Position numbers and translations under genes: made by a program. Below, one piece after another: positions 24,201 through 31,684 of a stretch of DNA of 32,000 nucleotides. This stretch comes from an uncultured Alphaproteobacteria bacterium. GTDB taxonomy: Bacteria; Pseudomonadota; Alphaproteobacteria; Rs-D84. How positions within the stretch are numbered: the first letter of the stretch is position 1; each line of letters begins with the position of its first letter. Under the pieces are notes generated by a model that saw only the letters and a program-made list of their open reading frames with translations, was not told the origin of the DNA and did not search any database. The stretch lies in contig OZ007020.1 in the NCBI GenBank assembly GCA_963931495.1, forward strand, positions 450,001 through 482,000, written 5' to 3'.

Positions 24201-25589
24201 GCCAGTGCGACGGATACAACATGTACACCGTCAAACTGCACAAAAACGCCAAAGACGGTTACGGCAAAGGAGAATTACTATGTCAGTGGTACGTCTTGTC
24301 CGGCGTGCAGCAGTTACAGCAGTACATACACCAAGTCAGATGGCGGTTCAATAAGCAGTGCATATTGTTACCGAACAGCCACCAAGACGGGCAGCCAGGT
24401 TAATGGCAGTACGCCCAGTGGGTGTGCCAGTGTAACGGCATGGAATGCATGCACGCCCGGCACATGTACGTACAAGGACTATGCCAGTGCGACGGATACA
24501 ACATGTACACCGTCAAACTGCACAAAAACGCCAAAGACGGTTACGGCAAAGGAGAATTACTACGTCAGTGGCACGTCCTGTCCAACATGCCCAACGGGGT
24601 ATCCGAACTCGGATGGTGGTACGGGTGGTGTAACGGTGTGTTACAGTAATACAAAATCCCGTGCATGGACCGGCAGCCAGGTTAACGGCAGTACGCCCAG
24701 TGGGTGTGCCAGTGTAACAGCGTGGAATGCATGTTCCAAGCCGGCATGTAGTTATGTTGCGTATTCCAACAGTGCTGGTACGGGCGATGGCGAAATAAAA
24801 AGTGGATGCAGCAGTAATAGCGCCAGTTGTACCAAGACCCCAAAGACAGTTACGGCCAAGGAGAATTACTATGTCAGTGGCACGTCCTGTCCAACATGCC
24901 CAACGGGGTATCCGAACTCGGATGGTGGTACGGGTGGTGTAACGGTGTGTTACAGTAATACAAAATCCCGTGCATGGACCGGCAGCCAGGTTAACGGCAG
25001 TACGCCCAGTGGATGTGCCAGTGTAACAGCGTGGAATGCATGTTCCAAGCCGGCATGTAGTTATGTTGCGTATTCCAACAGTGCTGGTACGGGCGATGGC
25101 ACAATAAAGAGTGGTTGCAGCAGTAATAGCGCCAGTTGCACAAAAAACCCAAAGACGGTTACGGCCAAGGAGAATTACTATGTCAGTGGCACGTCCTGTC
25201 CGACATGTCCGACGGGGTATCCGAACTCGGCGGGTGGGAACATTGGTCAAAGCATGTGCTATAAGACATGTGAAGACATAGACATTACCGGTGGGACGAA
25301 TGTACCGACCAGTGGCACGGCGTATTATGGCAACAGTTGCACATATACGACGGTTTGTGACGATGGGTATAATCTGACGGGGACAAACACGTGCAGCCAG
25401 TTATGTACACTGGGTGTGACCAGTCTGCGTACGGGTAATGGTGTGACGATACCGTTGTACAGTTCGGCATTATCCACACCATCGTTAAACATTGGTACTG
25501 GTGGTGGTGTATGCTATGGCATATTGGAAAGTGGTGCGGGAACACTGAACATCCAATATGACGGCAAAACGTATCACGCGGTGGATTAA
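21294..25589 (+). CDS. giant secreted Cys/Ser/Thr/Gly-rich repeat protein (CxxC-GYY modules; VSP-, furin- or GCC2-GCC3-like)
   Basis: A single uninterrupted 1431-codon ORF with a GGAGGG SD. The N-terminal hydrophobic signal or anchor is ...ITVYFFFSLLLLLCIVPDGYG|AGYTC. It is modular throughout: CKSGYY.NG.SC.TCSS, CKSCPSGYTSANG, SQCPANYRDGAAAGSQAGCKTSCAAGTYV, SCPACSSYSSTYTKSDGG, SCPTCPTGYPNSDGG. The C-terminus shares the LRT...PSLN(I/V)...YG module with the small paralogues. Confidence 0.85.
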   Translation: MSQIFGIFRNRNIAKITVYFFFSLLLLLCIVPDGYGAGYTCSASSKKYTSCKSGYYLNGTGAGNSCSTCSSLGYTSSANGNSNGAAACYKSCTKACTRQTCPSSAYSCSHGSTSTSGTQYYGGSCSAPSSTCSLTINSCKSGYYKNGNSCATCSSLGYTSSANGNSNGAAACYKSCTRACTRQTCPSNATCTHGSTSTSGTQYYGGSCSAASSTCSISISCNSGYYKSGSSCPACTSVSATDLSQSCSRNPTSTELSNAHAYAGTISGAKQQCTGKHTGGAGGTAGSGSCTGCSSWGTCSGGTLTITSCSAGYYKDGNSCKSCPSGYTSANGTTGGIGSCYINVSAGNYIKAANSSTQSTCTAGYWNPAHTVYYGNTSSCNKCTGTTYSDTDGASSCKQCPTATEYADIITSYWYWSEDDIHDTIGGCRAEFDESDSKGSYNYSCAYKNGDYGVAGGGTGTCMATKPNSCAATYYWPGGDSNIWAGNRAELLTQMCSSVGKGYWSAAGSLTRSQCPANYRDGAAAGSQAGCKTSCAAGTYVKTANAACTSVGTGYYRAAHTVSYGSTSTRSQCPANYRDGAAAGSQAGCKTSCAAGTYVATANAACTSVGTGYYRAAHTVSYGSTSTRSQCPANYRDGAAAGSQNNCIGIFEKTGGQNNPTKPTGCATMEYASSCTPPTCEYQKNYAGTVVKDCTPGNCTKAITKLTANADRYVNGTTSCPACSSYSSTYTKSDGGSITYNSCYITRSKTGSQVNGSTPSGCASVTAWYACTPGTCTYKDYLGQTGETCTPSNCTKSPKTVTAKENYYVSGATCPACSSYSSTYTKSDGGSITYNSCYITRSKTGSQVNGSTPSGCASVTAWNACTPGKCTYKDYLGQTGETCTPSNCTKTPKTVRAKENYYVSGTSCPACSSYSSTYTKSDGGSISSAYCYRTATKTGSQVNGSTPSGCASVTAWNACTPGTCTYKDYASATDTTCTPSNCTKTPKTVTAKENYYVSGTSCPACSSYSSTYTKSDGGSISSAYCYRTATKTGSQVNGSTPSGCASVTAWNACTPGTCTYKDYASATDTTCTPSNCTKTPKTVTAKENYYVSGTSCPTCPTGYPNSDGGTGGVTVCYSNTKSRAWTGSQVNGSTPSGCASVTAWNACSKPACSYVAYSNSAGTGDGEIKSGCSSNSASCTKTPKTVTAKENYYVSGTSCPTCPTGYPNSDGGTGGVTVCYSNTKSRAWTGSQVNGSTPSGCASVTAWNACSKPACSYVAYSNSAGTGDGTIKSGCSSNSASCTKNPKTVTAKENYYVSGTSCPTCPTGYPNSAGGNIGQSMCYKTCEDIDITGGTNVPTSGTAYYGNSCTYTTVCDDGYNLTGTNTCSQLCTLGVTSLRTGNGVTIPLYSSALSTPSLNIGTGGGVCYGILESGAGTLNIQYDGKTYHAVD
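21444..21953 (+). repeat. in-frame tandem repeat, two units of about 252-264 bp
   Basis: TGCAGCAGT(C/T)TGGGTTATAC...AATGGTAATTCCAACGGTGCGGCGGCGTGTTATAAATCATG occurs at 21498 and 21750. The units start at TGCAAATC(C)GGG, at 21444 and 21708. Confidence 0.8.
22827..23230 (+). repeat. in-frame tandem repeat, 174-bp period, about 2.3 units
   Basis: The anchor CGCAGCCAGTGTCCAGCGAACTATCGCGATGGCGC is at 22827, 23001 and 23175. The units encode SQCPANYRDGAAAGSQAGCKTSCAAGTYV.TANAACTSVGTGYYRAAHTVSYGSTSTR. Confidence 0.85.
23385..25230 (+). repeat. in-frame tandem repeat array with 282-bp (x4-5) then 309-bp (x2) periods
   Basis: The anchor AGTACGCCCAGTGG is at 23562, 23844, 24126, 24408, 24690 and 24999, giving spacings of 282, 282, 282, 282 and 309. 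Neighbouring units such as 24126-24330 and 24408-24612 differ at only a few positions. Confidence 0.9.
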
Positions 25590-25613
25590 TGTGGTGTGTT
25601 GGTGGCAAATTAA

Positions 25614-25645
25614 ATACCCGCACAGAAATGTGCGGGTATTATTCT
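25614..25645 (+). terminator. rho-independent terminator of the giant gene
   Basis: ATACCCGCACA-GAAA-TGTGCGGGTAT gives an 11-bp stem with a GAAA loop, followed by TATTCT, which is a weak T-tract. Confidence 0.6.
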
Positions 25646-25700
25646 GGGTGGGTTTACACCGGGGATAAAAAAGGGGGGCATGGGTGTGAATTTCGCATGA

Positions 25701-25730
25701 CTTGCATTTTTTTATAAATTACATATATAT
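25701..25730 (+). promoter_or_regulatory. promoter candidate upstream of clpP (sigma32-like CTTG-N17-CATATAT or sigma70 TTGCAT)
   Basis: CTTG at 25701-25704 and CATATAT at 25722-25728, compared with the alphaproteobacterial RpoH pattern CTTG-N17-CYTATNT. Pattern match only. Confidence 0.3.
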
Positions 25731-25795
25731 ATGATAAATTCGCGAATCGGTTTTTTGTGTGATATAGTTTTATTTGTAAAAATGAGGTTTTTATA

Positions 25796-26377
25796 ATGGC
25801 ATTAATTCCAGTTGTAATAGAAGAATCCCCGCGCGGTGAACGTTCTTTTGACATATATTCACGTTTGCTGCGTGACAGAATTGTTATGATAAGTGGAACC
25901 ATAGAACCCGCAATGGCAAATGTTGTTGTGGCCCAGTTGTTGTTCTTGGAATCTGAAAATCCAAATGCGGATATTTCGTTATATATTAATTCGCCAGGGG
26001 GCGATGTTTCCGCGGGTTGGGCAATTATGGATACTATGCAGTATATTAAATCGCCTGTTTCAACAATTGGAATGGGGTTGGTGGCGTCAATGGGGTCTGT
26101 GCTGTTGGCCGCAGGTGAAAAAGGTAAACGGTTTGTGTTGCCGAATACCCAAATTATGATTCACCAGCCCTTGGCCGGTGCCGAAGGCCAGATTACAGAT
26201 ATGGAAATCCGTATGGCCCAGTACCAGAAAAATAAAAAGATGTTGATTAAGCAAATGTCTGAATTCACCGGGCGCAAGGAAAAAGAACTGTTTGATGCAA
26301 TGGAACGCGATAACTGGATGACCCCAGATGAAGCAAAAGAATTTGGACTGATTGATGGCGTGCTGAAACGCAAATAA
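25796..26377 (+). CDS. clpP: ATP-dependent Clp protease proteolytic subunit ClpP
   Basis: [30 protein letters not shown]...INSPGGDV...[32 protein letters not shown] carries the canonical ClpP Ser/His context. Confidence 0.95.
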   Translation: MALIPVVIEESPRGERSFDIYSRLLRDRIVMISGTIEPAMANVVVAQLLFLESENPNADISLYINSPGGDVSAGWAIMDTMQYIKSPVSTIGMGLVASMGSVLLAAGEKGKRFVLPNTQIMIHQPLAGAEGQITDMEIRMAQYQKNKKMLIKQMSEFTGRKEKELFDAMERDNWMTPDEAKEFGLIDGVLKRK

Positions 26378-26398
26378 TTTTATATCGGGGATTTTGGG

Positions 26399-27670
26399 AT
26401 GAGTGACGATAAAATAAAAAAATCAGACGAAACACAAACAGATACACCACAGTTTTGCAGTTTCTGTGGCAAGGCTGTGTATGAAGTAAAAAAATTGGTC
26501 AGTGGGCGTAATGTTTGTATTTGCGATGAATGCATTAACCTGTGTAATGATATCATGGCCGATGATATGCGACGTGATGTCGGGCACGATGCCGCAAAGT
26601 TACCAACACCGCGCCAGATTTATAATTTCTTGAATGAATATATTGTGGGCCAAGATAATGCAAAGCGCACTTTATCAGTCGCAGTATATAATCATTATAA
26701 ACGCCACAGTGTTGCGTTGAACACAAATGTGGAAATTCAAAAGTCTAATGTTTTATTGATTGGACCCACAGGAACTGGAAAGACGCTGTTTGCACAAACG
26801 TTGGCACGGATTCTGGATGTGCCGTTCGCAATCGCAGATGCAACCACTTTGACCGAAGCGGGATATGTCGGTGATGACGTAGAAAGTGTGTTGACCCGAC
26901 TGTTACAGAATGCGAATTTTGATGTTGATCGCGCCGGTCGTGGAATTATCTATATTGACGAAATTGATAAAATCGCACGTAAGTCTGAAAATCCATCGCT
27001 GACCCGTGATGTTTCTGGCGAAGGGGTACAGCAGGCCTTGTTGAAACTGGTTGAAGGTACGGTCGCAAACGTGCCAGCCGGCGGGGCAGGGCGCAAGCAT
27101 CCGGGCGAGGCAACTGTGCAACTGGATACGTCAAAGATTCTGTTCATATGTGGCGGGGCGTTTGATGGACTGAACAAAATCATTGGCGCACGTACAAATG
27201 AACGTGCAGGTATTGGTTTTGGTGCCACAGTACAATCAAAAAAAGAACGCGAGGCGAAAAATTATCTGGATGATGTCCGACCCGAAGATTTGGTGAAATT
27301 TGGAATCATCCCAGAACTGGTCGGGCGTTTGCCAATTGTTACAACACTGCAAGATTTGGATGAAGATGCGTTGGTTAAAATTTTGACTGAACCCAAAAAT
27401 GCAATCGTAAAGCAATATGCGGCAATGTTGGAAATGGATGGCGTGAAGTTAACAATTACGGATGACGGATTGCGTGAAATCGCCAAAAAGGCTGTTGAAC
27501 GCAAAACTGGTGCACGTGGGTTGCGCAGTATTTTGGAAAAAATATTGTTGGGACCAATGTTTGAAGCACCAGAAAAACAAGATTTGGCGGAAATTGTTAT
27601 TGATAAAGATGTTGTTGCCGGGAAAAAAGCACCGGTTGAAATTCTGCGTGATGCAAAAAAAGTTGCATAA
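26399..27670 (+). CDS. clpX: ATP-dependent Clp protease ATP-binding subunit ClpX
   Basis: The Zn-binding N-terminus is CSFCGK...[10 protein letters not shown]. Walker A is [12 protein letters not shown]. Also present are [10 protein letters not shown], the [15 protein letters not shown] pore loop and RGLRSILE. Confidence 0.97.
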   Translation: MSDDKIKKSDETQTDTPQFCSFCGKAVYEVKKLVSGRNVCICDECINLCNDIMADDMRRDVGHDAAKLPTPRQIYNFLNEYIVGQDNAKRTLSVAVYNHYKRHSVALNTNVEIQKSNVLLIGPTGTGKTLFAQTLARILDVPFAIADATTLTEAGYVGDDVESVLTRLLQNANFDVDRAGRGIIYIDEIDKIARKSENPSLTRDVSGEGVQQALLKLVEGTVANVPAGGAGRKHPGEATVQLDTSKILFICGGAFDGLNKIIGARTNERAGIGFGATVQSKKEREAKNYLDDVRPEDLVKFGIIPELVGRLPIVTTLQDLDEDALVKILTEPKNAIVKQYAAMLEMDGVKLTITDDGLREIAKKAVERKTGARGLRSILEKILLGPMFEAPEKQDLAEIVIDKDVVAGKKAPVEILRDAKKVA

Positions 27671-27671
27671 A

Positions 27672-27696
27672 AACGGGGCTGGGGCCCCGTTTTTGT
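27672..27696. terminator. bidirectional rho-independent terminator between clpX and the convergent Cys-rich gene
   Basis: AACGGGGC-TGGG-GCCCCGTT hairpin, flanked by AAAA on the 5' side and TTTTGTT on the 3' side. Confidence 0.75.
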
Positions 27697-27706
27697 TAAC
27701 ACGTTA

Positions 27707-28574
27707 TTATGAATAATAGCATGGCTGTACGTATGTATAGTTACCGGTGCTGTCACTGCCACTTGGGGGGATGACGTAACAACTGCTGATGCTGACCGTT
27801 TTTCCGATGTCGCCGGCTGTGGCCGTTGTTTGACCGCCAGACGAGTATGTCGGGCATGGCGTACAGTATGATGTTATCTGGTTCACGAAACTTATGCCGG
27901 GTGTACCGTAATAACCACGGGGACAGCGCACTTGGTCGGGCATTGTTGTCATGCATAGTGTGCTGGTGCTGTTGCACGCCTTGTTTGTGCGTCTTTGTAC
28001 GGCATTACTGCCGCTGTATAAAGTTTCCCATTCGTCCGGCACGCATGTTGATTCATCACATGAACCAGACGGCGATGTCGTTTTGTTATACAGGCATTTA
28101 TAGAATATCAATGTTGACGGACATCCGCGGATTTCAAATGTCTTGCGGGTGTAGTTCGTTTTGCAACCTGTTGCGGATTTTGCGTAATATTTTATACCAT
28201 CAATATCAAAACATACATTTGTGGTACCCGTGGCCCCAGAATCACCCAACACAGATGCAGACGAACCCGTATCTTGCCATTCGGTGCGACTGGAAATATC
28301 GGTACATCCCGCAGATATACACAACGCAAATCCGCCACCACCACCACCGGCACCACCAGTACTATCTTCACACTGAACACAGCAACTGGCGCCTTTCCCA
28401 ACTGCCGCATTCTATGCAGTTATGGATACATCTGTCGCCAGAAAAACTGATATCGCCACCCGAAGAACTGGCCGCGTTTGCATATTGGACACACATGGTT
28501 AACATAATCGCTGAAAACAAACCACCGTTTATAATGGCGGTTTTTATTTTTGTAAAAATCCCAGATTTCTGCAT
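27707..28574 (-). pseudogene. Cys-rich secreted protein split by a 1-nt frameshift (pseudogene, assembly error or recoding)
   Basis: The upstream piece runs 28574..28368. It has SD GTGGGGGA, signal peptide MQKSGIFTKIKTAIINGGLFSAIMLTMCVQYANA|ASS, then ...CIHNCIECGSWERRQLLCSV and a stop. The downstream frame is open from 28411 to 27707 (...GKGASCCVQCEDSTGGAGGGGGGFALCISAGCTD...RCPRGYYGTPG...CTPCPTYSSGG...). It has no ATG or SD of its own; the ORF track starts it at a TTG. The two frames overlap across 28371-28411. Confidence 0.6.
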
Positions 28575-28637
28575 TTTTTGTCCCCCACTTTTTGCCGAAT
28601 CCAAACGGTGGTTTAGGTTAGGCATCTATTCGTACAT

Positions 28638-28667
28638 ATTTTACCCAAAAATCCGACCATACGTCAA
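28638..28667 (-). promoter_or_regulatory. sigma70-like promoter candidate for 28574 gene
   Basis: On the - strand: TTGACG (28667-28662), an 18-nt spacer, then TAAAAT (28643-28638). Confidence 0.4.
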
Positions 28668-28834
28668 CGGCATTTTTGATGTTTGCTGTCGGTTTTTTAT
28701 TTCTATTAATAACAATAATTCATAAAAAATACCGTTTTATCTGATTTGTGGTAATCAGAATTGCTCACGAAATTTTTACTTTGCGATTATATGGATGATA
28801 ACGGATATAATTTGCTTGTTTTAATGACAGAATG

Positions 28835-28860
28835 AAAAAAACACCCAAAATGGGTGTTTT
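28835..28860 (-). terminator. rho-independent terminator downstream of tRNA-Leu
   Basis: On the - strand: AACACCCA-TTTT-GGGTGTT, followed by TTTTTTT (the complement of the A-run at 28835-28841). Confidence 0.7.
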
Positions 28861-28865
28861 ATCCT

Positions 28866-28950
28866 TGGTGGCCCTGGTCGGACTTGAACCGACACTCCTT
28901 GCGGAACTTGATTTTGAGTCAAGCGCGTCTACCAATTCCGCCACGGGGCC
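28866..28950 (-). tRNA. tRNA-Leu (anticodon CAA), class II with a long variable arm and encoded CCA
   Basis: The reverse complement is GGCCCCG TG GCGGAATTGGTAGACGC G CTTGA CTCAAAA TCAAG TTCCGCAAGGAGT GTCGG TTCAAGT CCGAC CAGGGCC A CCA. The cloverleaf was folded by hand. The anticodon loop is CT-CAA-AA. There is one C6:A67 mismatch in the acceptor stem. Confidence 0.85.
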
Positions 28951-28970
28951 AAAACACAACGCAACAAAAA

Positions 28971-29345
28971 TTATTTTGTTGCCGCCTGGCGTGATTCAAC
29001 CTTTTTTACCAAACGCGCACTGCGGTTCGCCTTGTGCGTGGCTTTTTTCGCTGGTTTTTCAGCCGGGCCAATCTTTTTATTAATCGCGCGCTTAATTGCC
29101 GCCATTTCAGGTGTTAAACGCGATGGTGATTTTGACATCACATATGCATCCAGTCCGCCATGTTTTGTCAATGTACGCAGACCAGCCGTTGAAATACGCA
29201 ACGAAAAGTCGCGGTTCAAAATATCACTGTGAAACTTTAATTTTTGCAAATTCGGCAAGAATGTACGCTTTGTATGGCGCATGGAGTGGGATACATTCAT
29301 CCCAACCTGTGTTTTCTTACCTGTAACCTTACATACACGTGGCAT
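28971..29345 (-). CDS. rpmB: 50S ribosomal protein L28 with a basic C-terminal extension
   Basis: The start is moved to ATG 29345. MPRVCKVTGKKTQVGMNVSHSMRHTKRTFLPNLQ matches the L28 N-terminus (E. coli [33 protein letters not shown]). The tail ...KKIGPAEKPAKKATHKANRSARLVKKVESRQAATK is additional. Confidence 0.9.
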   Translation of the reverse strand: MPRVCKVTGKKTQVGMNVSHSMRHTKRTFLPNLQKLKFHSDILNRDFSLRISTAGLRTLTKHGGLDAYVMSKSPSRLTPEMAAIKRAINKKIGPAEKPAKKATHKANRSARLVKKVESRQAATK

Positions 29346-29506
29346 ATTATAATCCTTTGATAACCGGGGCATAATTTATAATAAAAATCATAAAAAGTCA
29401 AGAAATGTTTTGTTTTTTCAAAATAAATGGCCTGGCTGGTGCATTATATCACAAAAAACGCCCATTTTCAGTCAATATATATTTATCAATGTTTTGATTC
29501 CTGTAC

Positions 29507-29536
29507 CTTGAAAAAGCACAAAATGCTACTATATAT
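29507..29536 (+). promoter_or_regulatory. possible heat-shock (sigma32-like) promoter of clpB
   Basis: CTTGAAA at 29507-29513 matches the sigma32 -35 element. CTATATAT at 29529-36 is only a partial -10 match. Confidence 0.25.
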
Positions 29537-29562
29537 AGGAAAAAACAAAGGAGATTTATAAT

Positions 29563-31620
29563 ATGAATCCAGAAGAAATGCAAGAAACCCCAGACCAGGC
29601 GATTGCAAAATATACCACAGATTTTACAAAGCTGGCGGCGGATGGAAAATTGGATCCGGTTATCGGTCGCGACGAAGAAATTCGTCGTACAATCCAGGTG
29701 TTGTCACGTCGCACAAAAAATAATCCTGTATTGATTGGTAATCCAGGTGTCGGTAAAACAGCGATAGTAGAAGGACTGGCGGAACGAATCGTATCTGGGG
29801 ATGTGCCAGAAAATTTGTTAAAGAAAAAATTGTTGTCGTTGGATATGGGCGCGCTGATGGCGGGCGCAATGTTCCGTGGACAATTTGAAGGCCGTTTCAA
29901 AGCAATATTGAAAGCCGTCAAAGATTCTGATGGTCAGATCATACTGTTCATTGATGAATTACATACATTGGTTGGCGCCGGCAAAGGCGAAGGTTCTATG
30001 GATGCAGGAAATTTGATAAAACCGATGTTGGCGCGCGGTGAATTACACTGTTTGGGCGCAACAACACTGGATGAATATCGTCAGTATATTGAAAAAGACC
30101 CGGCGTTGGCACGTCGTTTTCAACCCATATATGTTGATGAACCAACGGTTGATGACACAATATCTATATTACGTGGCTTGAAAGAAAAATACGAAGGACA
30201 TCATGGTGTTCGTATTTCTGATGCAGCACTGGTGGCGGCAGTTCGTTTATCAAACCGCTATATCACAGACAGATTTTTGCCCGACAAGGCAATTGACTTG
30301 ATTGATGAAGCGGCCGCACGTGTTCGTATTGAAATTGCGTCAAAGCCGGAAAAACTGGACGAAGTTGACAGACATTTGATGCAATTAAAAATAGAACAAC
30401 AGGCACTGAAAAAAGAAAAAGATGAAGATTCTAAAAAGCGTTTGAAAGAATTGGACGCAATCGTCAAAGACACAGAATCTGAATCAGAAAAATTAACGGC
30501 TGCATGGCGCGCAGAGCAAGAAAAAATGCGTGCATTATCTGATGCAATGGCCGCGTTGGATGCCGCCAAGGCCGAAGTTGCCACCGCTATGCGCAATGGG
30601 GACTATGAAAAAGCGTCAGCATTGCAATATGGAAAAATCCCAGAACTGGAAGAAAAAATTCAAAAAATGAATGCGGAATCCAAGGAATATAAAACCGTTC
30701 TGCCGGAACATATTGCCGCCGTGGTCAGCAAGTGGACCGGGGTGCCAGCCGACAAATTAAGCATGGAAGAACAATCAAAATTATTGAACATAGAAGACGA
30801 ACTGCGCAAACGTGTCGTTGGTCAAGATCACGCGTTATCCGTAATTGCGCGGGCAATTCGGCGCAGTCGCGCGGGGTTGTCTGATCCGCACCGCCCATCA
30901 GGCAGTTTTATGTTCTTGGGCCCAACCGGTGTTGGTAAAACCGAAGTTGCCAAGGCACTGGCAGAATATTTGTTTAATGACGAAACAGCAATGACCCGTA
31001 TTGATATGAGTGAATATATGGAACCACATTCTGTATCCCGCCTGATTGGCAGTCCCCCGGGATATGTCGGATACGAACAAGGTGGTGTATTAACCGAAAG
31101 TGTACGTCGTCGCCCATATCAAGTATTGCTGTTTGATGAAATTGAAAAAGCAAATCCAGACGTCTTCAATGTGTTCTTGCAGATATTGGACGATGGGCGT
31201 CTGACCGATGGCCAGGGTCATGTGGTGAATTTTACAAATACCATCATAATTATGACCAGCAATTTGCCTGATATGGACGCAGTGAAAAAACAGTTCCGTC
31301 CGGAATTCATAAATCGTATTGACGAAATTGTGTTCTTTAATCCATTGGGCAAAGATGTCATGGCCGGCATTGTAAAGATTCAATTGCAAAATCTGGAAAA
31401 ACGCTTGGCTGAACGGCGCATTAGTATGGAAGTATCAGACAAAGCCATTAAATGGCTGGGCGATAATGGATACGACCCTGTATTTGGTGCGCGGCCATTA
31501 AAGCGGTTAATCACGTCGGCGGTTGAAGATAAAATCGCAGATTTGATTTTATCTGGTCGTATCGGCGAAGGCAGTACTGTTTTCGTTGATGTGAACGGCA
31601 AAGATTTGGTCGTGAAATAA
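29563..31620 (+). CDS. clpB: ClpB disaggregase lacking the N-terminal domain (685 aa)
   Basis: An AAAGGAGA SD precedes the ATG and there is an in-frame TAG at 29536. The alignment with E. coli ClpB begins near its residue 150 ([58 protein letters not shown]). NBD1, the coiled-coil M-domain, NBD2 ([20 protein letters not shown]) and the C-terminal domain are all present. Confidence 0.95.
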   Translation: MNPEEMQETPDQAIAKYTTDFTKLAADGKLDPVIGRDEEIRRTIQVLSRRTKNNPVLIGNPGVGKTAIVEGLAERIVSGDVPENLLKKKLLSLDMGALMAGAMFRGQFEGRFKAILKAVKDSDGQIILFIDELHTLVGAGKGEGSMDAGNLIKPMLARGELHCLGATTLDEYRQYIEKDPALARRFQPIYVDEPTVDDTISILRGLKEKYEGHHGVRISDAALVAAVRLSNRYITDRFLPDKAIDLIDEAAARVRIEIASKPEKLDEVDRHLMQLKIEQQALKKEKDEDSKKRLKELDAIVKDTESESEKLTAAWRAEQEKMRALSDAMAALDAAKAEVATAMRNGDYEKASALQYGKIPELEEKIQKMNAESKEYKTVLPEHIAAVVSKWTGVPADKLSMEEQSKLLNIEDELRKRVVGQDHALSVIARAIRRSRAGLSDPHRPSGSFMFLGPTGVGKTEVAKALAEYLFNDETAMTRIDMSEYMEPHSVSRLIGSPPGYVGYEQGGVLTESVRRRPYQVLLFDEIEKANPDVFNVFLQILDDGRLTDGQGHVVNFTNTIIIMTSNLPDMDAVKKQFRPEFINRIDEIVFFNPLGKDVMAGIVKIQLQNLEKRLAERRISMEVSDKAIKWLGDNGYDPVFGARPLKRLITSAVEDKIADLILSGRIGEGSTVFVDVNGKDLVVK

Positions 31621-31621
31621 A

Positions 31622-31646
31622 ATACGGGGCGTTCGCCCCGTATTTA
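31622..31646 (+). terminator. terminator hairpin after clpB
   Basis: ATACGGGGC-GTTC-GCCCCGTAT followed by TTTA, which is a short T-tract. Confidence 0.55.
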
Positions 31647-31649
31647 CGT

Positions 31650-31678
31650 TTGCATTTATATTTAATAAATTGTATAAT
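31650..31678 (+). promoter_or_regulatory. strong sigma70-like promoter of paralogue C
   Basis: TTGCAT (31650-31655), a 17-nt spacer, then TATAAT (31673-31678). The block GTTTGCATTTATA..AATAAATTGTATAATTC is shared with 5574-5606. Confidence 0.6.
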
Positions 31679-31684
31679 TCCAGT

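Noticed and set aside
23385-25230. Regularly spaced repeats that could superficially suggest a CRISPR array.
   Set aside because: The units are 282-309 bp and contiguous, with no short-repeat/unique-spacer alternation. They lie in frame inside one long ORF, and no cas genes are present.
22735-25250. Long antisense or off-frame ORFs inside the giant gene (22735..23328 -, 22767..23225 -, 24513..25250 -). Similar shadow ORFs occur elsewhere (365..907 -, 1778..2275 -, 8545..9015 +, 9864..10439 -, 15688..16185 +, 16925..17536 +, 20504..20986 -, 27262..27762 -).
   Set aside because: Each lies fully inside a much better supported gene on the other strand or frame. Their translations are low-complexity R/T/H/C- or P-rich strings typical of shadow frames. 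Their length in the repeat region simply reflects repeated stop-free sequence.
28765-29083. ORFs 28765..28959 (-) and 28832..29083 (+).
   Set aside because: They overlap the tRNA-Leu gene, its terminator and the 3' end of rpmB. They have no SD and give implausible proteins.
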